Shown: in pieces, positions 22,558 through 33,736 of the stretch | Numbering within the stretch: position 1 is the first letter of the stretch | How the letters are laid out: each line of letters begins with the position of its first letter | NCBI GenBank assembly: GCA_900128395.1 | Contig: LT649349.1 | Span: forward strand, 1-34,664 | DNA: 34,664 nucleotides | Direction of reading: 5' to 3' | From: Stramenopiles sp. TOSAG23-2 | Taxonomy: Eukaryota | Program-made: the position numbers and the translations under genes | The notes under the pieces: generated by a model | The model's database searches: none | What the model was told of the DNA's origin: nothing | Seen by the model: only the letters and a program-made list of their open reading frames with translations

Positions 22558-23470
22558 GGCAATATATATATATATGTTACTACTAAATCGTTATTTCCTT
22601 TCTATTTTATTTTAACAACTTGCTCTGAAAATATGGAAGTTCTTGATCTGGTTCTGTTCTGATCGATATCTGTCTACGTAAATGATATATTATATATTGT
22701 ATATATCGATATCTATATTCATTCGATTGATATACATATATATATTTTTATCAATACTAATCAATGTTATTTTATTGATGTAAAAGTTGCTAAAAATTAA
22801 TAATAAAAATTTTAGTTTTTAGTAGTAGTTGAAGAGTAGGGTTCACATGGGACCCAAATTTCTTTTTCCCAAATATGTTCCGAAATGTATCCAAATAGAT
22901 ATTAATAAGATAATATTTTAGATATGATATTAATAAGATAACATTTTGTATCATTGCACCATTTATGAAATAATTCGGAAATAAAATTTGGATTTCGGTT
23001 TGATAGCACAATATATGTAATTTATACTTATTAATATACTAAAAATTTATTTATCAACTGGAAGCTCTCTCGCAGGAAAAACGAGTCGTAAGTGTTGTTG
23101 CGGGGCCTCATCTTGTGGCTAGTAGAATTTTTAATAAATAATAAATCCAACCCTGTGTCCATGTTAATGTTTACCATTATTACCATTTATTGTTTTACAA
23201 TTATATTATAAAATATCCATATTAGGCACATGGTAAAACGAGTACTTGCATTAATTATAATACATTATATAAAATAGAACTTTTGGTATTCAATTGTAGT
23301 AATAATTAGAATAATAAATCCAACGGAGAGAGAGGACCAACAAAAGATACTTTTACAGTTTTTAATGTAAAGAAACATAGTTGTCATCACCACCAGCGAA
23401 GATAGTAGTAGTAGTAACACGAAGAGACATATAGCTACGAACTATCTGCAAATTGAAAAAAAAAAACAAC

Positions 23471-24933
23471 ATGAGGACAATGCCAAAAAACAATAACAAT
23501 CAAACACAGCAACATCGACGTGTTCGTATAATAAATAGTAGTAGAAAAAAATCATCAAATTCTGCCTCTTGTAATTCCAATTTTGGTATTATAATTATTA
23601 TTTTATTATTAATTAATGCTGTTTTTATCATTGGTAATTTTTCTGGTATTGTGAAAATTTCTTTATTGGAGAACATCAATACAAAGCGCTTTGTGAAACA
23701 GTTTGCTTCACGTGACAATATTATTAAATATACTGGAATAGATCCCCATCAATTATTGAAAAGATTTATTAACTTGAAAAATACAGTAATAAAATATAAA
23801 TTAGATAAACGTGGCAAAGCTATTATGCGATATCGTAAATCATTACCAACTAATTATCCATCCCAAGGTAGTTCACATCTTCAAAAATTTCATGAAACAT
23901 TATTAAAAACTGTTGAAACTTTTCCAAAACCATCTGGTCGTAATTTAATAAAATTACAAGATTCGAATCATTTATTGAAAGTCGCAATAGTTCGTGGGTA
24001 AGTAATATAGTATATATATATAATCATAAAAGAAATGTGTGTGTATATACATCTTTTGTTCTCGCTAACAATTTTATAATATTTATCATATATATATATA
24101 TCATACACACATGCAATATTATACGATGTAATTAGGGATGGAACTGGTTGGGTAGTTGGGGCAACAAGTCAAGTAGCTGGCTCACAATTGATTTTTGATG
24201 AGAAAAGTAAATCAGGATGTCCATCTGATAAAGAATGGGATATATGTTGGGTAGATGGTTGGGTTGGTGGTGCAGATGGTATGGGAACGGCAAATAAAGG
24301 TTATTTTCCACATCGTGAGGATCCAAAACGTATACATGGACCATTATATAATTCATATAATATTGTTGGTGAAAAACGTACGTTATTTCGAAATTTAGTT
24401 CGTGCATCATCGCATTATTTAGATAAATCATATGAACATGTTATGCCAAGAAGTTTTGAATTGCCAAAACATCGTGAACAATTAATGAAAATAATTAAAC
24501 GTGGGAAATCAAGTGATTTATGGATTGCAAAGCCATCTTATGGTTCCACAGCACGTGGTATTTATGTCTTTAATAAAGATTCAAAAGTTGGTATTCCAGA
24601 TGAAAATTTAAAAGGACAAGATGCAGCATGGATCATACAACAATATTTAAATCCATTATTATTGCATGGTCATAAATTTGATATGCGATTGCATACGTTT
24701 GTACGATTGAATCCATTACGTATATACATCCATCAAGATGCCGTTGTTCGTTTAGCATCGGAGAAATATGTAGCAAATGGAAAAGTTGATAATAAATGTA
24801 TGCATATAACAAATCAAGCATATCAAACACCAAAATGTCCAAAATATATTAAAAATACGGATATAGCAACTGCAGAACAAAGTCATTTATGGAATTTAAA
24901 AACATTATTGAATTACTTATCAAAAGAATATTA

Positions 24934-24974
<41 letters not shown>

Positions 24975-26287
24975 CTGGTCGTAGTGATGATGATAACGAC
25001 GACGATGATGATGATAATGATTTGGAAGTAGAAGATGAAGATTCATCATTAGATGATTTATTAAACATGCATGATGAAAAGGATGGGGGGGGAAAGGATA
25101 ATAAAAATAAGAAGAAAAAGAATAACGACGACAAAAAGAAAAAACAAACGCAAACGATGAAATTGAAATATTCATCTCCAGAAGTATTATGGGAAAAAAC
25201 ACAAGAATTACTTGTAAAAAGTGTTTTAGCATCGGATGAATGGAGTGAAGATAAATTGAAATATAAAGAAGATAATGGTTTTAGCTTTTTAGGTCCAGAT
25301 GTTGCAATTGATAATGAAGGCAAACCATTTCTATTAGAAATCAATGCATTTCCAACAACTTCCGTTTCCACCCCATTAGGTGTACAATTGAAATTACAAA
25401 TGCTTACAGATATGTATCGTATGTTAGGTGTTGGTGGATACAATGATGCTGGGCGTAGATATGGAAAATATGTAAAAGAACGAATTCAAACCTATTGTAA
25501 TGATCCTAAATATGATAAAAGGAAAAAACAGAAGAAGAAAAAAAAGAATCCATCCTTTATATCAGAAGAGAACGCTGGTCAGGAGGAGGATGAAGACGAC
25601 GCTGACGATGATGGTGATGAAAACCTTAGTTATCCAGAGCAACAGAACAACAATAAGAAGAAAATTAGTGATAATGACAAAGCTAGTTCTAGTAGTGATT
25701 CAAAGAATAGTAACGATAATAATGAAAAACATGATAATGCTAAAAAAATAAAATCGCAAGTACCATTAGATTCAAAAAAATTATCATCATCATATGATAA
25801 TTGGATGACAACAGAAGAATCGAAATTATATAAATTTCATGGTACACCAAACGATGTAAAAGATAAAATTATGAAGGATGCCATTTTACGAAAATCTAGT
25901 GGTGAAAAACCATTGGAAAATAAAGCAAATCTTCCTTCATCTGGCACAGCAGGAGGGGAAGGTGGTGGATCAAACAATAATAAGGAGGAGAAGAGGAAGA
26001 AGTTACGACAACGACGACGTAGGGAAGTATTGAAAAACAACAACAATAACAAAAATAATAACTTGTTAAAAAAAAATAAACAATGGTGGTGTACAAAAAA
26101 AGAAATACAAATATTAATGCAATATGAAGATGAAAAAGCATATAGTGGTTCATGGGAACTTGCCTTTCCAACGCGTATTGGATTATTAGATACGTACCAA
26201 TCTGTTACACAAACAGGGCAAACAAAGAAATGGGTACCAGGGCATTACAATCAATTTTTATGGGATTATATTTTGTTAAATGATTGA
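23471..26287 (+). CDS. Tubulin-tyrosine ligase/polyglutamylase-family (TTL, ATP-grasp) protein with N-terminal transmembrane anchor, 2 exons (23471-23997, 24136-26287)
   Basis: TTL motifs are PRSFELP, WIAKP...ARGIYV, IIQQYL.P.L..GHKFDMR and LGPDVAID...PFLLEINAFP. Intron 23998-24135 (gtaagt...ctaac...ttag) joins the ORFs in frame. Exon 1 has the hydrophobic stretch FGIIIIILLLINAVFII. Confidence 0.85.
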
Positions 26288-26943
26288 GGATTGTGTGAAG
26301 TAATCGTCGTCCGTTCATTTCATCGTGCATTTTGATATTTGACAAATAATATATCAATTAATACGTCTCGGTACTTTTGTCCCTCTCTGTATTTGCAAAA
26401 AGGTGTATGATATGATATCATGTATATGTGCATTTTGATATATATATCATATCAAATATACGATGGTGGTTAAAATCTAATTATATATATGCATATATAT
26501 AATATATATATTAATGGATATATATATTATATATACGCGTTGGTAGTTGGTACATTTGTCTGTATTTGCAAAAAGGTGTGTATGGCAATGATCAATGATA
26601 TGATATGATATGTGGGAGGGTAAAAGAGAAAAGTATTAATATATGCATATCAGTAAAATATATATATGACCCGGCTTTATGTGAGAGAGAGCTTCCAGTT
26701 GTCAAATATATATGAGTAAGAGAACATTTTATATAATGATATATGAGTGTAAGAGAAAATTTTATATTAATGATACAGATACATATGGTGTGTGGTATGG
26801 TATGATATGAAATATAAAGAAGTAAAAAAGTTTAATATAAAATGGTATATAATGTAAATTTTTTACGCCACATTACACACAATACACTCTTTCTCTCTAA
26901 ATTTTTAAACACTATAAATATTATATTTGTAATATTCAAATTT

Positions 26944-27990
26944 CTATTTTCTTGTTGCAGGCATACGATCTTGTATTTCCTTTACTATATTTTCTGCATA
27001 TTCTTCAGTTGTTTGTTTATAAGCAGGCCTTGGTTTTGGTCTTTGATATTTTTTAGACAACCTTTTTATCTTTTTTGGTCTTGAGAGTCTTGGTGCTGCT
27101 GGACCAGTTGATGCACTGCCAGTTGCACCCGATGCACCAGTCATGCCGGTCAATCCGGTTGCACCAGTATTACCAGTTTCTGACAATACTCTATCACAGC
27201 TTACACCTTTGTAACCTGGATCACATCTGCATACAGTTGATTTTGTACAAAATCGTACACGACCTGCACATACCATTTTACCATTTCTACATTCTTTTTG
27301 GTCACAATGGTAACCACTGAAACCTGGGAAACAGACACAATCATTTTCACCCATTGGTGTACCATTTTTGCATTTGCTAACGCCTACGTAACGACCATGG
27401 TTCTCAATACGTTTCAATTCATGGTTGAATTCACCCGTACGCAAGTTTTTATATTCGCATGTATTACCTGTATGTTTTTTATGACACATACATTTGTTCA
27501 AGATAGTATGTAAAGAACCACGTCCATTACATTTTGGTGCGAAAAACCATAATCTGTTACCAGTTGCTCCGGATGCACCTGTATTCCCAGTTGCACCAGT
27601 AGATCCAGTTGTGCCTGTGCCGCCTGTGCCGCCTGTAGAGCTAGCGCCCTTTTTTGTGTCTGCTGCTTTTGGTCCACCACCACTTAATATACCTATTGAA
27701 TCACCGCCAAGTGCTGATACCATACTTGCTGCTTCATTCTCATCTGCATCATTACTATCTTGTGTTGTTGCAGGTGCTTGACCTTTTGCCATTTTTGCAA
27801 TTGCATTTTTCGTACTTTTCTTTGCTTGTTTGATGGCACTATCTGTAGCTACACTAACAGCTTCTGATGCATCCTCTTCTAATGGCACAATTTTTTCCAA
27901 TGGTTTTGGTTGTTCCTGTTTTACTGGTGCACTTGTGACCACTCCTATTGCTAATATTATTGTTATAATGGTTATTACTATATTTCTCAT
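26944..27990 (-). CDS. Secreted EGF-like repeat protein with Gly-X-Thr repeats
   Basis: It has a signal peptide MRNIVITIITIILAIGVVTSA and three EGF-like units (CMCHKKHTGNTC, CVCFPGFSGYHC, CRCDPGYKGVSC). These are flanked by TGSTGATGNTGASGATG-type triplets and followed by a basic C-terminus. Confidence 0.8.
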   Translation of the reverse strand: MRNIVITIITIILAIGVVTSAPVKQEQPKPLEKIVPLEEDASEAVSVATDSAIKQAKKSTKNAIAKMAKGQAPATTQDSNDADENEAASMVSALGGDSIGILSGGGPKAADTKKGASSTGGTGGTGTTGSTGATGNTGASGATGNRLWFFAPKCNGRGSLHTILNKCMCHKKHTGNTCEYKNLRTGEFNHELKRIENHGRYVGVSKCKNGTPMGENDCVCFPGFSGYHCDQKECRNGKMVCAGRVRFCTKSTVCRCDPGYKGVSCDRVLSETGNTGATGLTGMTGASGATGSASTGPAAPRLSRPKKIKRLSKKYQRPKPRPAYKQTTEEYAENIVKEIQDRMPATRK

Positions 27991-28407
27991 GATGAAATTA
28001 AAATCACTTTTCTATATATTTAAAACAAAAAAAGAAGAAGTAGAAGACAAGATATAAATAAAGTAATTACTACTACTAATTGAATCTATCTAATGTATTC
28101 CACAATTACTTTGTTGTCTATATATTCATGCCCTGTTTCCCCCGATATATATATATATATATATTATTACACACAAGTTATAGATTAAAAATATTATTTA
28201 TTGTTTTACTTCCGTGGGGGGGAGATGAAAATATTAAGTACAACTTATTTATACATTTACTATACACACAACCTTTAAAATCTTAGTATACGTTATGACA
28301 CACCTATCAATTTTCAGACAAAAAAAATTCATTTTATAACTACAAAAATAAAAACAGTGTATAATCCCCCCCTTTTTACACCGCCTCCATCACCTCGTTT
28401 TTTTAAT

Positions 28408-28629
28408 TTGGTACATTTTTATGTATACTAATAAATTGCTCCTATCATAAAATCCACCTTCTTTTTGATTCGTACTCTAACTCTTACTAAAAAATAGTTC
28501 TCCTATCATATCCCCACCTCTTTTTTTGGTACAATTTTATGTATACTAATAAATTGCTCCTATCATAAAATCCACCTTCGTACTCTAACTCTTACATGTA
28601 TATACTAAAAAATAGTTCTCCTATCATAC
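28408..28629. repeat. Imperfect tandem repeat (~118-bp unit x2, with ctcctatcata recurring four times at ~60-bp spacing)
   Basis: ttggtaca(t/a)ttttatgtatactaataaattgctcctatcataaaatccaccttc...tactaaaaaatagttctcctatcata is present twice with small indels. Confidence 0.8.
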
Positions 28630-28739
28630 CTTCCGCGCCGGTGTATTTACCTCCTAGAGGTATATATTATTGTACAGGCACATAGCATCCCTTACAAAAA
28701 GAATCCTCAGCCACATAACACATCTACTTGGCTACTTGG

Positions 28740-29113
28740 TCTAGCATGACTTTTATAAAAAAAAAAAAACTGTTCGTTAAAATTCCAATTATTACATCAA
28801 AGAAATATAGTGTTAATGATGTTACGTGATACTATGATATTATGATTGTTTTTATTTATCATAATTTCAAATGATGGTCACAATATTTTATAAATATCCG
28901 GAATAAATTGAATTTTTTTTATGGCAGATTCTAGATGACTTTTATAAAAAAAGAAACTGTTCATTAAAATTCCAATTGTTACATCAAAGAAATATAGTGT
29001 TAATGATGTCACGTTATACTACGATATTATAAGTGTTTTTATTTCCCATCATTTCAAATAATGGTCAGATATTTTTGATAAATATCCGGATTATATTGCA
29101 TTTTTTTGATGCC
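28740..29113. repeat. Diverged ~190-bp tandem direct repeat (2 copies)
   Basis: 28740-~28925 and 28930-~29113 align throughout (e.g. ttacatcaaagaaatatagtgttaatgatgt, ataaatatccgga) with scattered substitutions. Confidence 0.85.
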
Positions 29114-29531
29114 AAGGAGACTTGTTCATGTACTTTGTATTACATTGATGATGAATGGAAAGAAAAAAGAGTAGTAGTTTTTCTAAAAACCAACTGTTGA
29201 TGCCCTTTGCGATTAACAGGTCAATAGCATTGGAACGTGGCAAATTCTTCGTCGATCAAAAATTAAAAAAAAAAAAAAAACAAAAAATTTTTTTATAAAA
29301 AATGAATGAACAAATATAGAAAATCATCGATGTGTGATGCAGATGACGGTAGATGTAAAACAAAAGTAGCGACGACAAACTAACGAAATAAAAAAAACAG
29401 TTACATATACAATCAAAGAACAGAGAGAAACAAAATGAGTTTAATTATGAGAGCAGCGCGTATTGCAAAAGGTAAGTTTATAGGATAACAACTATGTATA
29501 TATAGTAAATAATGATGACTAACGAAACAAA

Positions 29532-29841
29532 ATGAGTTTAATTATGAGAGCAGCGCGTATTGCAAAAGGTAAGTTTATAGGATAACAACTATGTATATAT
29601 AGTAAATAATGATGACTAACATTTGTATGTATTTTTATATTTATTAGGTACGTTTAAACCTAGTGCACAACGTTTCACAGTAGCAAGGTTTTCCAGTTCT
29701 TCTGCTGGTCCTAATGATGTACACACCGCAGAAATGGTTGATTCCATTGAATGGGCTGTTGAATCACCACCACCATTGCATTGCTTCGAAGAACCACCTA
29801 TTTTAATTGAAGTGCAAGGTCAAGAAAACCAAGGGCATTAA
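29532..29841 (+). CDS. cox1-c: Nucleus-encoded C-terminal fragment of cytochrome c oxidase subunit 1 (Cox1-c) with mitochondrial presequence, 2 exons (29532-29568, 29648-29841; exon 1 also duplicated at 29435-29471)
   Basis: The spliced product is MSLIMRAARIAKGTFKPSAQRFTVARFSSSSAGPNDVHTAEMVDSIEWAVESPPPLHCFEEPPILIEVQGQENQGH. An Arg-rich, acid-free presequence precedes SIEWAVESPPPLHCFEEPP, which matches the Cox1 C-terminal (S/T)LEW...SPP..H.F.E.P motif. The intron reads gtaagt...gactaac...ttag. Confidence 0.85.
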
Positions 29842-30475
29842 TTTATATATTTATACTGGTTATATATTAATGGTATAATATTGATATATATATATATATA
29901 TATGTTTATAACAGTAATAATTATTACATAAAATATTAAATAATGAGAATGATGATTGTCAAACTATGTATGTATATACATGTATGATAATCACGATTTT
30001 TTTTGGTGTATTGTTGTAAAGACAATATATAAAGAGAGAGTGGTAGACAAGAAGAGATGTATTGATGATTGATCATGAAATGGTGTACGCGTCAGTAGTA
30101 AGGTGTGTGTGTGCCCCATCTTTCTCCAAGGAGAACAGAGAAGACTCTACACCACATGAGTAAAAATTTTTACGAAGTAATATTTTTAATATATTATGTA
30201 TGTATATAGATGGGTTTATAATGTATATATATATTATATATAAAAAATACAAGCAAGAACAGAGAGTGTGTCACAAGTATGTGAACATGTACTCTCGTGC
30301 GTACCACATGCAACACTCATTCTTCTACAAACAGTAAATATTTTATTAATGCATGTATATGATATCATATGATGATACTTTATTTTTTAATCCAATATTT
30401 ACATATGTTCCATTCTTCCATCATCCCGAAACACACGCAAACATTTATATATATATATCCAACCTTCCTCCCTCT

Positions 30476-33283
30476 CTAACGAAAATTTCTCCTATTATCA
30501 GCTTTATTCATCACCGTTGTATATCCAAATGCAGAATAGGTAGGTTTCTTTTTCAATTGTTTTAATTCCTCTTGTTTTTCTTTTAAACGTTTTCTTTCAT
30601 CGATTGTTTTTTGATGTAATACCATATTCGCTTTCATTAATTCTTGTTGTTTACGTTTTTCTTCAAACATTTTACCTTTTGTTTTGATTGAAATATTTCT
30701 CATTTGTTCCGCTTTTTGCTCTACACTCCATAATGCACGTTGAAACGTTTCTTTTTCATTAATTTTTAATTTCAATAAATTATGCATATCTTTACATGCT
30801 TCTTTTACATTTTGCAATTCTTTTTCCAAACGAATTACTTTGTTTTCTGCATAGGCACGTCCAGAACGTTCGTTTTCCAATTCAGACATTGCTTTTGATA
30901 AATTAATATTCATCATTTCCACTTGTGTCATTCCTTCATCGTATTGTTTGCGATAACGTTCGCATTCATTTTTCAATTCATTTGACATGATACGTTCTTG
31001 ATTCAATGATTGCGTCAATGTATCACTATCTAATTTTGCATTTTGTAATTTCTTACGTGCTTCCACTAAACGTTCAGCTGCATGTTCCAATGCACGTCTT
31101 GGGTATAATAATGGCCCAACACGTATACCTAATTTGGCTAAATCTTTCGCAGTTGCCTCCGAACCTAATGTATTATACAATGTCATCAAACCATTCAATG
31201 TTATACCACCATTATGGTTATCAACACCATTTGCCATACATAGACCAAGTAACGTAGCTTCCGTATAACGTTCATTGTTCCCCAATGCAACTTGCAATGT
31301 ATTCATCTCACGTGCATTTAGTACACCATCATTATCTTTATCAAATTTAGTAAAGACATCACATACACCTTCTACCACCCAATCACCTAATGATTTTGTC
31401 ATTGCATCTGTATTTTTTAATGCTCCTTTTTCAGCAGCAGTTGGTGAATTGAATGTATTATTCTTGTTATTATTAATATCTTGGGATGGTGATGCAGACA
31501 TTACATTACGTAATTCATTTGCAGCAACGGTAACACGATCAATTTCTATTTGCAACAATGTAACTTTACTACGTTCTTCCGTTAATAAATTTTTCATTGT
31601 ATTCATTTGTGATGAAATCACTGAATTTTGCTTGGCTAAATTCATATTTGTTTTTTCCAAGTGACGTAAACGATTGAATAGATTCTGTTGTTTTTTTTCA
31701 ATTAATAATATGTGTTAGTTGATCATGTATTTATTTTATATCGTATAATATGTGAATAAAAATATTAAATAGGGGGAACGAACCGTATAAAATTTTTGTA
31801 AGATAGGTCCAGTCTATGTATATATATATTTAAAAATATACGCCATAGAGGATGGATGATAGATATATATAAGAGACACACATGATATTAAAGGAAAAAG
31901 ATTTTGTTACAAAAATAATATATATTTGATATATTAATTACAATATTCAAATATATATTGTTTCACGATTGAAACGTTAGTATTAACGATGTATATATGT
32001 GTATATATGTATGAGTTGTATATGGAATTTATTGTGTGTGTGTATATATATATATATATATGTATGTATGAAGAAAGATGATGAAGAGATAAAAGTGTGT
32101 TTTTAAGATATATAGATATTTCATGTACTTACTTGTTTTCCACTAACTGCATCTAATTTTTTCGTCAATTCTGTGACTTCCGTATCTAAAGTAGATTGAT
32201 CAATACGTATCTCATTATTCTGTATGATTCTATCATTATCATTACTACTTCTATATGATGTTAGCAAATTATTATGACGCGTTGGACTTGGTAATACTTC
32301 ATGCGTACGTAATTCAGACGCCCATCTTAAATTGCTAGCACTATCGGTATATGCACCTTTACTGATATGCTTTAAATTGTTGAAATTATGTTTTTGTGGC
32401 GATTTAGAACGTTTTCCTTTTTTTTTTGAAGATGTAGTTAATTTGTTTGTCTTTTTTTTCTTTGAACTACTTTTTGTTGTAATTTTCAATTTCGATTTTG
32501 GTGTTTTTGAATTTGATATAACATTAGAAGATGGACTAGATGCCATCATCATCATCATATTGTTATTCTTCTTATTATTATTATTCGTCGTCTTTTTCTT
32601 TTTTTTCTCAAAGCGTAAGAATTAAGGTTTTCCATCGATTTGTATTTGTTGCGGCCGGGGCGGTTGTACACATTTTAATAAAATATACACAAGTTAGTCG
32701 CTATAAATATAGTTGATTGATTGATTGATTGATACAACTGGAAGATATGTAGAGAGAGAGAGATATGTTTGATTAGAGAGAGATCAATGATACATAGTAT
32801 AAACAACAACCATGAAACATGTCTTTGAAACAGATGCAAACAATGCAACTATAAATCCATTGTATATACAAAAAAATACATCTGTAGAAACGACAACAAC
32901 AGAAAAATCATATTGTTATTCTTCTTATTATTATTATTCGTCGTCTTTTTCTTTTTTTTCTTTTTCCTTGAACTGCCACTTGGTGTTAACACTGGTCTAC
33001 TAAAAGATTGTTCAACACGTTCATGATATGTTGAACGTGGCGTTTTACCTTTTCCATAACTAGCTGTTTTGGAATTTGGTGTGTTTATAAATGCTTGTCT
33101 AGAGACGGAGCCATCGATCCATTGCGTTGTGGATTCATCATTTGCTAATGTATTTCTAGATGCTTGTCCCCATAATATGGATTGCGTATGTTGCGGTGCG
33201 GATAAATCTATTTCCGGTTGTTGATTTCCATTATTATTATTATTATTTCTTTTCGCACCTGGTAACAATGATGATAACGACAT
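30476..33283 (-). CDS. Coiled-coil protein with EF-hand; probable coding blocks 33283-32907, 32553-32133, 31684-30476
   Basis: It has an EF-hand loop FTKFDKDNDGVLNAREM within long heptad regions. The GT-AG intron 32132-31685 with a ctaac branch site joins KLDAVSGKQ to NLFNRLRHLEK in frame. The 5' block joins in frame if 32609-32906 and one copy of the flanking 55-bp repeat are removed. Confidence 0.65.
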
Positions 33284-33736
33284 GATGGTGGGGGTTCTCG
33301 TTCTTGTTCTTGTTATACAATGTTGTAATCAATCGCAATTTTGTTTTCTTTCCGATGTTTTCTTTTTGTGTTGTACATCTTATCTCTCTCTCTCTTCAAT
33401 TGGGTTTTCCATCATGAAATCATACACACTTTGCGAACGGATTTTAGGTCCACTTCTTCGTACTTGTTGTATACTGAATATATGATATATCCCTATCAAT
33501 CAAGACAAAAACACAAAATAATGTAATAAAAATGTGGTTTTTGTCGGCTTAATGTTATATCTGCAATGCTATATCAGTGATATAATAGTATGTACCTAGT
33601 AATATGTGATAGCAGGTAAATACAACGGCACTAGGTTTTTGAACAAAGTTAAGTTAGAGAGAGAGCGATTGATTGATAGGTAATACTAAGTTAAACAAGT
33701 ACAATTTATAGTATTCTAAAATAAATGAGGTAACTT

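Noticed and set aside
26386..26579. 21-bp direct repeat tctgtatttgcaaaaaggtgt (26386-26406, 26559-26579)
   Set aside because: It is a local duplication in low-complexity 3' intergenic DNA with no element structure between the copies.
28408..28629. CRISPR-like array (ctcctatcata recurring at ~60-bp spacing)
   Set aside because: The intervening sequences are themselves repeated rather than unique spacers. The context is eukaryotic and there are no cas genes.
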